Source: Salpingoeca rosetta (Eukaryota; Protista; Choanoflagellata). Taken from it: 64,000 nt of DNA. The notes beneath the pieces were generated by a model. It was not told the DNA's origin and did not search any database. It saw only the letters and a list, made by a program, of their open reading frames with translations. Numbering within the stretch: the stretch's first letter is position 1; each line of letters opens with the position of its first letter. The position numbers and the translations under genes were made by a program. Below are positions 27,704 through 48,222 of this stretch, in pieces. Location: positions 417,760 through 481,759 of the forward strand of contig JAWQFM010000031.1 of assembly GCA_033442325.1 (NCBI GenBank). The letters run 5' to 3'.

Positions 27704-28171
27704 CTAGATGCTGTCCATGAGCTGGCGGAAGAGGCGGTGCGTGTCCTTGGTCGCCCGCACGTTGTACTTCGACAGGTTCTTCACAAAGTATGACAACTCC
27801 CGGCCGCGCTTCTGAGCCGCGAGCGCCCGCATATGCGCGTGCACCAGCACGGAGCTGCAGCCACGCGTGTGCGCCCAAGCCTGCTCCAGCAGCTGCCGCG
27901 TCAGGTCTGCGTCGCCGCGCACGGCCCCAAGCTCAATCATTGTCATGTATGCGAGGTTGGGCGCCTCGCGTCGCAGCCGCTCAAACAACGCATCCATCTC
28001 CACCACGCCGGACACCACGGGCACGTTGCCCGGCCAGTCGCCGTCGAGGTTGCGGCGCTGCTGCTGCTGCTGCTAGTGGTAGTGGCGGTGGTGGTGGTGG
28101 TGGCGGGAACATGTGAGGTTGTGAAACCATACAGCACAGCGAGCAAGGACCAAGACCTCAAGCTTTCGCAG

Positions 28172-28237
<66 letters not shown>

Positions 28238-31200
28238 CACAACACACAACCCCCCCCCCGGGTAAAACTTTCTCTCCAATTGGCTGTACCTTCTTCTGCT
28301 GAGATGGGTGGGGCGCCGCTGCCTCCTCACGGCGAATAAGGCCCGTGAGCAGTGCCGCCCGCAACGAGGCCGTGTCCCTGCCTTGCTCCTCCGCCACGCG
28401 ACACAGCCGCTGCAGCTGCTCAACAGCACCGCGCCGCGCCCACGCCAGCGATGCACGCATCACCACCTGCGGCTCCAGTGGGCCGCGCTCGGCAAAGCTT
28501 CGCTCCAGCACGTGCCACGCGTACGTGTCGAAGCCAAAGTCAATGACAGCAGCAACAAAGGTGGATAGTGGGACCTCTGCAAACGAAAACTCCGTCACAA
28601 ACTCCTCCTCCAGCGCCGCCAAATTCAAACGCCCGCTCCTCGTCGTGATGTTGAACGCGTCACTGCTGTTACTCGTGGTGGTGGCGGTGGCGTCATCAGG
28701 GGTGGAACTAGTCGTGGTGCCAGTGCTGGTGCTGGTGGTGGTGGTGCTGGTGCTGGTGCTGCTTGTGGTTGTGGACAAATCGTCGCTGTTGTCGGTGAGC
28801 AAAGTGCTGCCGCCAGCGTGTGAGTCGACTTCCTCATCAGCGTGGTCATATCCAGCACCACCATAAACATCGTCACGGTACACGTCATCGTCCCCACTGT
28901 CATATTCATCGTCGCTGGCGCTGTCCTCCCTGTGCTGCGTGAGGATGGACACGGCGAGCTGCCCGTATGCGCGTGGCATCAGCATCACGCCCGTCGCCGT
29001 CATCAGCTCGTACAGGTCCTCGCACGAGGCGTCTGGGAACTGGTCGCGGTGGTCGAGGCGATGTTGCATGACCTTCTCAAAGTGCATGGACGCCACGGGC
29101 AGCTGCCGCTGGCACATCTCCCGCAGCGTGCGCATGGTGAGGGCGTGGTCGTGGACGACGATGGAGAGGGCTGCCATGAGCCGCGACTCAATCAGCCGCT
29201 CGGTCATGGGCCGGTCCAGCGACGTGATGGCCAGCGACGAGTAGTGATCAAGGTTCAGCAGCATCTGCAGCCCAAACAACGCCTCCGCATCACCGCCCTG
29301 CTGCTGCTGCTGCTGTTTGTGTTGCTTGTGTTTGTTTTGTTTGCGTTGGTTTTGGTGCTGCTGCTTTGGTCGTCGTTGCTGCTGGTGGTGGTTCGTGTTG
29401 TCAATGGTGGTTTGCGTCGTGTCAGTTGTGGCTTCGTGTGTGGCTTCGTGTGTGGCTTCGTGTGTGGCTTCAGCTGCTGCACGGCCAATACTGTCCCCAC
29501 CGCCCACTGCACCATCCACACCCGCCGCCACTGCCTCCATCCCATCACCACTCTCGTTCTCCTCCTCCTCAGCATCACCATCATCATCATCATCCCTATC
29601 CCTATCATCGTCGGCTGCCTGCTGCTCCTTCTCTGCGCGTGCGTGTTCGGCCTGCAGCGTCGTGAGCGTGCCCAGGGCGTGCAGGGCGTTGTACATCTCC
29701 GCCGACGACCGGTAGTTGAGCGAGCGCTTTGCCCACCGCATCACCCGCTGGCACTGGGCCACATTGCCCGTCTTCAGGTGCGCCAGCATGTACATGTCAA
29801 TCATCGTGTTGGACGGTGCCATGACAGAGTCAGGCTGTGTCAGCTCCGCCACCAGCCGTGCAATGCCATTGACGTCACCAACTTGCGCCAGCGCCATCGC
29901 CATGCGTTCGTATTGCGTCACCGTCAGCAGCTGCGTGTGGCCGAGACGAGACAGCTGCTTGATGTCGTTGAAGATGCGTCGTGCGTTGCGTGCCTTCCCT
30001 GCCATCGAGTACGCCTGCAGCAGCAGGTTCAGCTGCCGCGGCGTGTACTGGGGGTGGTCGTGTCTCCGCCCGTGCGACGCTGAGCTGGACCCGCTCCTGC
30101 TCGTGTGGGCGTTCGTGCTCGCGTGTGTGTTCGTGGTGGTGCCAGTGTTTGCGATGCTGTTGTTGTTGTTGGTGCCGTTGTTTGCGTTGGTGTTTGCTGA
30201 GGCCGTGCCACCACCGCCAGCAGCCGCTTCATTATCATCGCCATCACCATAAACGCCATATCCATCATCACCGTCATCGTTCCCATCATCGTCATCATCG
30301 GCACCAACACTGACACGAGCACCACCACCAACACCACCAACAGCCCCACTGCCACTGAAGTCTCCACTTTCTGCGTGTGTCGATGATGGCGGCTGTACCA
30401 GGTCGATGTTTGCAAGCAGCTTGTCCACGTCCCCCATACAGGCGTACACCTGCAGCAGCCACGCGTGCACGCGGTGCGCAATCACGCCGTCCATCTGCAC
30501 AATCTCGTTGCACAGGTCCTCGCACTCCGACGTCAGGCCCAGGCTCACCATGGCGCGCAGGAGCTTGGTCAGGTGCACGGGCGACAGGTCGACGCCGTTC
30601 GCCGTCATGTCCTCAATCACCGCCACGCACGCAAACGGGTTGCTCATCCACGCGTACGTTCGCAGGAGGTGCGACCACCCGCCCTCATAGGAAGGGTCCA
30701 CCTCGCGTGCCTCTGCAAACAGCGCCGACACCTTGTCTGCGCGCATCGAATATGAGGCTGCCATCAGCATGGCGTCGTACGATACGGCCGTGCGGGGCAG
30801 CCCGCTGTTGCGCAGCCGCTGCCAGTACAGCTCGCTGAGCCCAAATCGGTGCGCGCGCCCGCACGTGACGATGGTGATCGCATACATGAGCTCGTCCGGC
30901 AGCGTGCCGTGCTGCTGCATCATGGTCCACAGGCGCATGGTGAGGTTTGCGTCGCGCTTCTTCGACGCCTCAAACAGCGCCACGTGCCAGTGGTGCCGCT
31001 GCAGCAGCGCCCCGTTCTTGATCGCCCTGCGCATGATCGCCTCCACCCGGTCCGAGTTGGTGCGCATTTCGATGGTCAGGTCGTCGCTCATGCGGTTGCG
31101 AAACACCTCATGCACAAACAGCGGCCGGTCCGACGCGCTGGTTGACGCTGCACGCCGCGCTGCCGTGTGTGCGCCTCTTCTGTGCTGGAGTGGCATCCTT

Positions 31201-31694
31201 GACATTGGCGCCACCGTTGATTGCGGTGCTGCCTTGCCTTTTGATGCTGGCAGCGTGAAAGGCGACTGCGATCGCTGCTGCTGCTGCTGCTGCTGCGGTG
31301 ATGTCGCCCGCTGCGCCGCAGCAATGGCACCAATCGGCGATCTGCTGTTGTGTTGTGTGTTTTGTTGTGGTTGCAAGAGCACAGAGTAACGGTGCTGCTG
31401 CTGCTGCTGCTGATGATGATGATGATGCTGTGACTGTGATTGTGGATGGCGTGGCTGTGCGCCCTTTGCAACAGTTGCTGACACTGCAGCAGCTGCTGCT
31501 GTGGCGGCGCCATAGCGCTGCACAGACGCTGACACAAACGAATCAGGGTGTCGGGTGAAGCTCAGCTGCCTCAAAGCATGTGCTGGCATCGATGCTGCTG
31601 TTGTTCTTGTTGCTGAACACGACGTTGTCGCACCGAGCGCGTTCAGCACGCGCCCTCGCTTCACTGCCGCCTGCGCAGCAGGCCTGCACGACAT
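27704..31694 (-). CDS. Pentatricopeptide-repeat (PPR) protein, probably mitochondrial. Exons 31694-28290 and ~28072-27704
   Basis: 35-aa PPR-like units (HWHVALFEASKKRDANLTMRLWTMMQQHGTLPD; MYAITIVTCGRAHRFGLSELYWQRLRNSGLPRT; LNLLLQAYSMAGKARNARRIFNDIK). The N-terminus is R/A/S/T-rich and lacks acidic residues. Confidence 0.85.
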
Positions 31695-31985
31695 CGTGTG
31701 TGCTTGTGAACGTGCGAGAGAGAAGCTGGGTGGGTGGTGGTTGCGCTGTGTTGCCTGTTGTTCTTTCACAGCAGCAGCACGTGTATGTGAATGTATTTTA
31801 TGCTGTCGTGCATCAGGTAGGCAGTGCTGGGTGGGCGCAACGAGCAACAGACAGAACAGGAGGGGAGCGCACCAACACCACCATCATCCTCATCATCCTC
31901 GCCATCCTCATTCGCCTCTCGCTCGTGATCACCGTGCCACTGCTGCTGCACATGCGTTGCCTTTGCAGGACATTCACGAAACATC

Positions 31986-32134
31986 ATGGGGCAGGCAGCA
32001 GCAAAGACGGCACGGCGGCTTCCAACGGTGCGGTTGCAGCTGTGTGTGTGTGTGTGTGTGTCTGTGTGTGTCTGTGTCTGTATGTGTGTGCCTGTGTCTG
32101 TATGTCTGTGTGTTTGTGTGTGTTTGTGTCTGTC

Positions 32135-32165
<31 letters not shown>

Positions 32166-32622
32166 CTGCGTTTCTCGTCCCTCACTCCCTCACTCACTCA
32201 CTCACTCCCTCCCTCACTCACTCACTCACTCACTCACTCACTCACTCACACCAACACACCAACACACCAACACACCAACACACCAACACACAAACACACA
32301 AACAAAAATAGGAAGCTGCAAAGGTGGAGCGCATCAAGGAGGTCCAGGGAGCCGCCCAAGCGGCGCGCGCTGCACAGAAGCACAGCCAGCAGCCACAACA
32401 ACAAACACAAGCGAAGGCACAAGCAACCCGCTCGGAACCATCAGCAGCACCAGCAGCAGGACAAACACAGCAACAAGCACAGCCACAGGAACAGCGCAAG
32501 CAACCTTCACCACAAGGTGCGTGTGTGTGTGGAGGGGGGGTTGTGGGTGTGATGATTGGCGGGTGGTGATGCAGGGCGTGCTCCGCCACGCTGTGCCGTT
32601 GACTTACTCACACACACACATA

Positions 32623-32689
<67 letters not shown>

Positions 32690-33261
32690 CAGAGGAGGCA
32701 TCGTTCCTTGAGGCAGTGAAGAAGCTGCACATCACCTCGCGGGAGGCACCCGAGGCCGAGTTCCAGCAGCACCCATCGCCAGCCGCCCCGCCAGGACGCG
32801 TGGCACAGGAGCAGCAGCCCGCTGCGCAGAAGCAGGCCGCAGAGCACGCGCGGGCACACGAGGAGGCCATGCTGCGTAAGGGCCACGAGGAGCGCACGCA
32901 GCCCAACGCGTTTTCGCTGCAGAAGGAGTCTGCCTCGTCCATCCAGCAGCGGCACGCGGACGAGCTGCTGGAACATGTGGAGGGTCGGCTCAACTTCAAG
33001 CAGCTGCGAGCCGTGTTTGCCATGCACCAGCACGACCCATCCAAGTTCACGCCGGCCATGCTCGCGTCACGTGTGAAGGTTGACGCGTCAAAACTGGAGA
33101 CACTCTTCAAGCACGCCACCCTCCCCGATGCCCTCCTCATGGCTGTGCCCGCCGACAGCAGCGGTGACAAGAAGGACGCTGGTGAAGCTGATGGGGATGG
33201 TACTGTTGATGCTGGTGCTGGTGCTACAACAGCAGTCAAAGAGCAGAAGCCAAACATGTAA
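31986..33261 (+). CDS. NDUFAF4-like complex I assembly factor. Exons 31986-32027, 32312-32516, 32693-33261
   Basis: MG- N-terminus; FLEAVKKLHITSREAP; C-terminal GRLNFKQLRAVFAMHQHDPSKFTPAMLASRVKVDASKLETLFKH resembles the NDUFAF4 C-terminal block. Splice phases are consistent. Confidence 0.65.
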
Positions 33262-33338
33262 ATGTAATGTCGTGGTTTTGACGCGTGTATGTGTGTGTGA
33301 GTATGTGTGTATGTGTGTATGTTGTGCTTGTACCCTTG

Positions 33339-33469
<131 letters not shown>

Positions 33470-33672
33470 ATGTGGCAGCGGCTGCAGCGCGTCGTTGTTT
33501 AATTGTTAACTTCTTCCCAAAGCAGGGAACGCTACGGCAATCACAACAATAGAGAATGATGACACATTCACATCAAAGACAAATGAGCGAGGATTGGAAA
33601 CAGGAATGCACAGCCCTTGCATCCAACACTCCAGCGAGCACACAAAACAAAACTGGAAGCGCTTCTCATGCG

Positions 33673-33706
<34 letters not shown>

Positions 33707-33736
33707 CCTGTCTCTGTCACTCAAACGCACATGATA

Positions 33737-33782
<46 letters not shown>

Positions 33783-33805
33783 CGCACGCAACATACGACA
33801 TGCGA

Positions 33806-36800
33806 TCACTCTGAGAGATCTTCAAAGTTCAGGCGCGTGGCGATAGACTGAAACGTGCCAGACTTGTCAAACGACATTCGAAACGTGTCTGCGCGCCCGC
33901 CAAAGAAACGCCCCTCAAAGGCAACACCATCATCGTCACCATCGCCGTCGTCGTCATCATCAATCCCAGGCAGAAGCGCACGGCGAACAGGCCGTTTGCT
34001 GCTCCCAACACAGCCACCGCCATGGCGCCGCCCCATGTGGCGTTTCGTTGCGTGGTGCGACGGCGTGGTTGCGTCATCACCACCACCATCATAATCACCA
34101 CCATAATCGTCATCGCCATCACCATCAAACCCGGGCGTGGGCAGCGGCAGGCCAATGACGGTGTCTGTAATCAGCGGAGCCGCCACACTCTCGTCCCCAT
34201 CGTGAATAATCGCTGGTGGAATGGACAGACGTTGCGCGCGTGGTGCTGAGGATGATGGTGTTGGTGACGACGATGACGCCTGTGCTCGTGCTGGTGCTGG
34301 AGGCTGCAAGAGGCGCCGCCGCACGGGCCGTTGTCGTTGCTGGCGCGATGGTGATTGTATGTAGGCGTCTTCAGCACCACCATCACCCTCGTGACCGGCA
34401 CCATGTGCACCGTGGGCGGTGATGGCGCCCTGTGCGTTGAGCTGCGTGTCAACGCCAAGCAGCCACGTCGCGTCCACATCATCACCAAACAACACCTCGT
34501 CACTCGTCGCATCACCACCACTGCCATCACCATCACCGCGAGCTCGGGCAGCGCGTTCCTTCGCACCGCCTCCAACAGCACCTGCCGCCCTCGCATCTGC
34601 GTCTGCAACTGCTGGTGCTGGCACACGCGGTGTAGCGGGCGGCGGTGTTGGCTTTGGCACGGGCGTGACCACCTCAAGCTGCTCGCCCTCGTACGACTCA
34701 TCCCACGATGCCATCGACGCCGCCACCACATGCGCAGCGTACGGCGGACCCGCATACACGACAAACGGCTCAGGCGACGACGACGACGACGACGCTGCGG
34801 CGGTGGCGCCAGTCTGATCGCCATCGCCAGCACCAGTATCGTCACCGTCACCTCCGCCCCCACCACCACCAGCGGCAGCAGCAGTCGTAGTGCCAGTGCT
34901 TGTCCGCCCTGGTGTGTGTGCGGCGCGGCTGGCTCTGCTTCGGCCGCCACGGCTCGTGCTGTCGTCACCAGCACCGCCACGCATGTCATCCACCAGCAGC
35001 GAATCACGCATGCTCGCTGCCCCACTCCTCGCAGCCGCCACTGTCGCTGCGGCTGCTGTTGGTGTGAGGGCGCCGCCATGTGCACTGTTGGGCGTGCTTG
35101 CAGGCAACCGCGTTGGGCGCGATGTTGAACCGCCGGCAAGCCGGGCCGCCTCAACAGCTGCTGCGGACAACACGGCTTGCAGGCGCTCTGCATCGTCATC
35201 AAACACGTTGAGGTTGCCCGTGTATGGATACAGGTTAGGGGCAATTGACCCATCTGTCTCCTCAGACGTGATGATCGCTGGTGGCTGCAGCCCACGCACC
35301 CCACCATCATCGCCATGGTGACCAGCACCGTGATGGTGATGGTGGTGGTGATGACCGTGGTGGTAGTGGTGGTGGTGGTGGTGTTCGTTGCTGTTTGCGC
35401 TGATGACGAGGGGCAGCGGGACGCCAAGCATGGCGGCAACAAACTTGTGCTGGTCGCGGCGCGGCGCCTGCAGATACGCGCGCGCCATCTGCTTCATAAT
35501 CGCCTTCTCCTCATCCTCCTCAAGCAAGGGGAGATGCCCACCAAAGATGAGGTTGTACTTGCACACGGGGCACGTGTAGTGCACGCGGAACCAGGGCGTC
35601 AGGCAGCGGTAGTGGTACAGGTGGTGGCACGGCAGCTGTATCACAGCGTGCGGCGCAGTGTCCAGGTTGAGGCTGTCCAGACACACGGGACAGCGCGACT
35701 GGCGCACCTGCGGTGGTGGCGGTCGCCTGAAGTGCTGCTGCGGTGCTGCGCGCGGATCGTAGAAGATGACACGCCGCTGCCCGTCCTCAACCACCTCATA
35801 CATGTTCGACATGTTCAGCGCGCTGCACGCGTTGTTGTTGTTGTTGCTGTTGCTACTCGTGTTGATGGTGATGGCGCCGCTGCTCGTGGCGTGATCACCG
35901 TTTGCACCACTGCTGTTGATGTTGTTGTTGTTGCTGCTGCCGTTGTTGTTGGTGTTGTGGGTGGTGTTGTTGGCCCGATTTCGTGCAGCAGCAGCAGTGT
36001 CGCTGACGTGCAGAGCAGCAGCAGCGGCCGTGGCCCTTCGCTGGTGGCGGCGGCGATGGCGCTGGTGACGGCGCAGGAAGTCGTGCAAGCTCTCATCGCT
36101 ACTGCTCGTCTCATCATCATCATTATCATCACCATCATCATCATGATCGCTGGCGTCACTGCTGTCGTCACTGCTCGTGTCCGCTCCATCGACATTGTCG
36201 TGATCATCATCATCATCATCACTGCTTGCAGTGCTGCTGGCGACGCTTGTGCCGGCTGAACCGCTGCTGCTGCTGCTGCTGTCATCGTGGTGGTGGCCGT
36301 GGTCGCCTGTGGTGGTGGTGTACAGGCTGCTGCGCGTGCTCTCACTGCTCTCGCTGAACACGTCGTAGTTGAATGGAAACGGCACGCGTCTCGTTTTGGG
36401 GATAAATGCGTTTCGTGCTGACGTCACCGCAATTGGACCTTTGTTCCGACGGCCACTAGGGCCTGTTGCGCTCGTTGCCCGCGCGGGTGTGGAGACGGCA
36501 TGCGTTGGCGTGGGCGTGTCAAACGTAAACACCTCTGCACGGATGCGTGGTGGCGCCTCACGCTGCTGCTGGTGTTGCTGCTGTTGGTGTTGGTGTTGGT
36601 GTTGTTGTTGTTGTTGTTGCTGTTGTTGTTGTTGCGTGAGCTGCTGTTGCTGCTCGTGGTCAATAGCATCACCAGCACCATCAACAGGGTTGAGACCAGC
36701 TGGGATGCTCCCATCACCACAAACAGCATCTTCATCACCATCGTCACCTGCGTCTGAGCCGGAGTCGATGTCACTGGTTGGAAAGTAGAAGTTGTTGGTG

Positions 36801-38195
36801 CGCCGTGCAGCCTCAATCGCCCGCCGCCGCCGCAGTCGCATCAACACCCGCTCCTCCTCCTCCTCACCATCATCATCATGATCACCATGATCATGATCAG
36901 GGGTGAACACATCCACGTCGCCGTCACAGGCCAGCGCATGGCTGGTGGGGTGGCTAGTGGCGTTGGTGTTGGTGCTGTCATTGTTGGTGTTGGTGCTGTC
37001 ATTGTTGGTGTTGGTGCTGTGGTTGTTGGTGTTGATGCTGTGGTTGGTGCCGGTGGTAGCAGCAGCAGCTGCTGCAGTTGCTGTGTCGTGGCGATGGCGA
37101 TGGCGATGATGGCGGTGGTGGTGATGGTGACGCGTTGGAAGTGGGCGAGCAAGCACTGGCTTGTGCTGCTGTTGTGGCTGTTGTGGCTGTTGCTGCTGTT
37201 GCTGCTGCTCGTCTTGTTGTCGTTGTTGTTGTTGCAGGGGTTGGTGTGATGGCATAGCCTGTTGGAGAGTGTTCACGTGCGTGGTGGCATCTCTGCCCTT
37301 GTGGTTCTCGTCAAAACGGTGCGTGAGAACAACACCCGTTTCTTTCTCGACACCGCAGCCAGCACCAGCGGCAGCATCTGCATAGACGGTGTCATCTGGC
37401 GATGTAAGTCCCTCCTGCACCGCCTCGAGGGCGAGACGCTGCTTGCTGGTGTGGCCTGCGCCATCATCGTGGGACTGGATGGCGCGTGCCTGCAGGCAAA
37501 CTGCGCGCATGACGCTGGCAATGTGCATCATTGCCTCCCGCACCTCCGCCATCTCTGGATCGTCGGCGACCAGGCCGGCAAAGCTGGTGTCACTTCCAGC
37601 ATCACTGCCGCCATAACCGCCGCCATGGCCGCGTCGGTGACGGTTGCGATGGCGCCTGCTGCTTGTTGCTGCCGCTGCTCCGCGCGTGTTGCCACCACGC
37701 ATGCGCGCAACGACACCAGCGAGGCCAAACCACCGCCACACCCCGGTTGCACCAGCACCAGCACCATCGCTGGCGGTGTTGGTGCTGTTGCGGTGGTCGT
37801 TGAGGTTGGTGATGACGGTCGTTGTTGGCCGCCCGCGTGCGTGTGCACCGTCGCGAGGGTGCGGGTGGTACCAGCGGTGGTACGCCATGGCAGTTGCCAC
37901 CACGCACACAACCGCAAACAGCGCCGTGAGCGCAGCCAGCACATATGTTCCCGTGTCTGCTCCACCATTGCCGCTGCTGCTGCTGCCGCTGCCGTTGTCG
38001 TGGTCAGCACCACCATCACCAGCTGCTGGGTCAAGTGGCGACGTGAGCAGAGACCCGTCCATGCCCTCTGGCACAACGACGAGGCGAAGCACAGGTGTGC
38101 TTGCAAGCAACGAGCGAAGCGGGCTGTTGTTGCTGCTGCTGACCGTGGTGAACCTAGGAGTGGGCACGGTCGTGTTCGAAGCCACCCCCACAACA

Positions 38196-38227
<32 letters not shown>

Positions 38228-39193
38228 CGATGACGATGATGAGGAGGAAGATGATGTGGTTGCGGGGGTGTGGATGAAGTCCAGAGGTGAGGAGCCGTTG
38301 GTGTGGAGGAGGCGGAGAATGTGTTTGCCATTCAGACCAGAGATTGACAGGTGCGGTGGTGTGCCGTCCACAAGCGCAGCTGTCGATGAAGACGAAGATG
38401 AAACAGCATCCACGCCATCTGCTATGCGTGGCGACGCTGGTGATTGCCTGTCGACAACAGTGTCGGAGGTGTAGATGGTTGCTGCTTCGTCGTTGATCAG
38501 CACGCGGAAATGCCGCATTGCCGCTGCGCCATCACCACCACCACCATCGTCATCACGGCTGTTACCATCATCATTATTTTTGCGCTTGTCGCGGTCAACC
38601 CAGGTGGTGTACGCGTGTGATCGCTTCTCGGCGCTGGAGCCATCGAGCGTGTAGATGTAATCGATGCTGTCGGGGGACGCCGAGAGCACAAGCGAGTGGT
38701 TGGCCTGCGCAGCCATGCGTGCCTGTGTGAACGGCGTGCATTGGGAGTGCGGCCGGGTGATGGCGATGACACCGAGTCCGCGAAACGAGGAGAGTGGCGG
38801 CGGCGGCACGGAGCACCCGTCCACCGGGGTGGAGGCCGTGATGAGCACGTGGATGGGCGTGGTCATTGTCGTGTACTCTGCCAATATGGCGGGAAACTGC
38901 AGACCAATCCGCCCATCAGCCGTGTACAGCGTGCATCGAGCGTAGCGCGGGTGGGAGGACGACGACGACGACAGTGAAGATGAAGCCGCCACTGGTGCAG
39001 CACGAACGTCAGCGACAAAGATGGCGCTGGTGGCGAGCATGACGGCGGCGAGGACGACGAGGATGGACGGCCACAGCAACACATGCGCACGACGTGCTGC
39101 TGTTGGCGGCGCTGATGATGTTGGTGTTGCCGGTGGTGTTGATCGTCGTTGTCGTGGGCATCTGGGCACGCATGGTGGTGCCCGATGCATCAT
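33806..39193 (-). CDS. PA-TM-RING-H2 E3 ubiquitin ligase (RNF13/GRAIL/RMR-like architecture) with long low-complexity regions; single exon
   Basis: N-terminal hydrophobic segment; PA-like PVDGCS...IAITRPHSQCTPFTQARMAAQAN; TM YVLAALTALFAVVCVVATAMAY; RING-H2 CPVCLDSL...LPCHHLYHYRCLTPWFRVHYTCPVCK. Confidence 0.85.
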
Positions 39194-40286
39194 TGTGCGA
39201 GTCAAGCGCAGAGGGAACGGAATGGCGATCAAGGATGGTGTTGTAGGAACAAGGAGGAGGAGGAGGGGGAGGAACAAAAGGGAGGAACAATCGGAGGAAC
39301 ACCACGGAGCTTCAATACATACGGAGGCACGAACAAATAAATCAAAGGAGGTTGGTGCAGTGCAGTGTATGAGAACCGTGGTCCACCGCACACGCGAGCG
39401 GCAACTCACTCACGGATGGATGGATGGATGGGGGTTGGCGAGTTTGCAGAGGGAATGACGACGCCAAAAGCACACCACACGCACACCACACAGGAAGCAG
39501 AAAGAAGTGCGCACAAGCGCACGCCAACGACAACGGCGGCCTGTCGGCCTGTGCGTGATGAAGCAAGCGCGGTGGTGGAGCAGGGCAACAACAACCGCTG
39601 CTGAATCACGGGCCAGGTTGCATGTGAACCGCGCCGCAAACGTGCCAACAAGGTGAACAAGGGAAAAGTGCAAGGAACGAAGGGCGTGGACACGAACTCG
39701 CACAATGCGATGCGATGCACTCTCAAATGCAGGTCTCACGAGTGTAAACGCGAGGGAAGGAAGGAAGGAAGGAAGGAAGGAAGGAAGGAAAGGGTGGAAC
39801 CACAGTGTTGAGGGGTGGTAGTGGAGGTGGTGGTGCTGCCGGCGGCTCGCTGCGCGTGTGTGCTTGGGCTCAAGACACAGGTGAGAAAGTGCTGTGCAGA
39901 TGAGTGCAAAGCAAGCGCACCTCCACAACAGCACAGGCGAGGAATAGTAAAGAATACAACACAAGAACACAAGAACACACGGCAACACCACCAAGGCACG
40001 CTTGCTCGCACCACTGAGTTGCGTGCGCGGCGACATGGCAAAGGCGCGTGTCACCAGGCAAACCAGCCACCGTTGGCCGTGGCGAAGGTCGCGCGAGTGG
40101 GCCACGCCGCTGTTTCAAAAACAGTGGCAAGTGAGCGTTGCAGTGCAAACCACACGGTTCACCTGCACTTCACCGCCCATTCGCAACACACAGCCAAGCC
40201 AATAATGGAAAGCAAGCCGGCACAACACGCTCGGTGTTGGAGTGCTCACTGTGCAACCGCCGCCATCTCCAAACAACCCTGATGCC

Positions 40287-40341
40287 ACTGAATTCAGTCA
40301 TCGGTGTAACACTGAATTCAGTTTTGTCACTTCAATTCAGT
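40287..40341. promoter_or_regulatory. Repeated 12-bp palindrome ACTGAATTCAGT between divergent genes; candidate transcription-factor sites
   Basis: Perfect copies at 40287-40298 and 40311-40322, plus a degenerate third copy at ~40329-40341. Confidence 0.35.
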
Positions 40342-40715
40342 CCCACGTGAAATCTCACACAGTTTTTGTTGGAGGTGTTGTTGCTCTGATAGTTGTTGCG
40401 TGTTCAGTGGCGTGAACGATGATGAGCGTGGTGATGATGGTTGCGAAGAGTGGTGCCAGTGGCCAGAGTGACCGCGTTTGAGTGGTGAGGTGTGTGTGTT
40501 TGGATATGTGTGCTAGAATGTTGAATACCCACACTGGTGTCGTGTGGAGATCTCACCGCTCAACATGACAAACTCACACATACACACACACTTTTGTTTT
40601 GTGTGCAGGCACGATATTCACACGCTTTCGTTGGCAACGCTGAACAACCACGGAGCACGCGCGCACACATACAACCAGCACCAACACCAGTAACACCAGC
40701 AACAGCACCGATACC

Positions 40716-47366
<6,651 letters not shown>

Positions 47367-47970
47367 GCAGCATGTGAGCAGCACACTTGCAGCAGCAATA
47401 GTCGTGGGCTGGCTGTGCATGGCATAGGGCGGTTTACTCATCGCATGTGCTTGCTTGTGTGTATGTTGTATGTGTGTGTGTGTGTGTGTGTGCGTGTGAA
47501 CTTACAGTTGGTGTTATGTTAGATTGATGTTCGTTTACTGTTGTGAACGTGAGTCTGTGCTCTGTCCATTCGACCTTTTTTTCCCCTTTGGCTGCCAGTG
47601 TCAGTGTCACATGTGGGCGACACGTGCCCATCATGCGTGAAGGTCGCGGCTGCGTCAACACACGCACTTCAGTGCATTGCCGTTGTCGGTGGTGAATTAC
47701 ACAGGTGGCAAGCTGATCAGCACCCGAATGCGAATGGAAGAAAGAAGAGAGAGAGAGAGGGAGAGGGAGAGAGAGCAGGGGGGGGGGTGCAGTTTGTACA
47801 AGGTGTGCACGCCTTTTGCGAGTAGTACACATGGGAAGGCTTGATGTGAAGACAAAGATGTGTACATGTGTTGATGGTGGTGGCTGTGCTAGTCGGCGTG
47901 AGGTTTGGACAGTTGCGGGTCTTGCGGGATGGCGAGCAGCATCTGACGGGTTTGGGAAGGGGGCAAGCGA

Positions 47971-48043
<73 letters not shown>

Positions 48044-48222
48044 CCTGCACTGAACCTGACAACAGACCCTGGAGTTACAGAGGTGAGCATTGTGTGACAA
48101 ACGTTGCATGAGACAGGGGTTACACGCAGATAAATATCAGCTTCCTCCGTTTCCTAGGCCATACACATCGCACGCCCACACACACACACACACCCTTGTT
48201 AACAATAAAACACGATACTCAC

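Noticed and set aside
31555-33261. 568-aa ORF as a single protein
   Set aside because: It reads through two microsatellite introns; the spliced three-exon model fits better.
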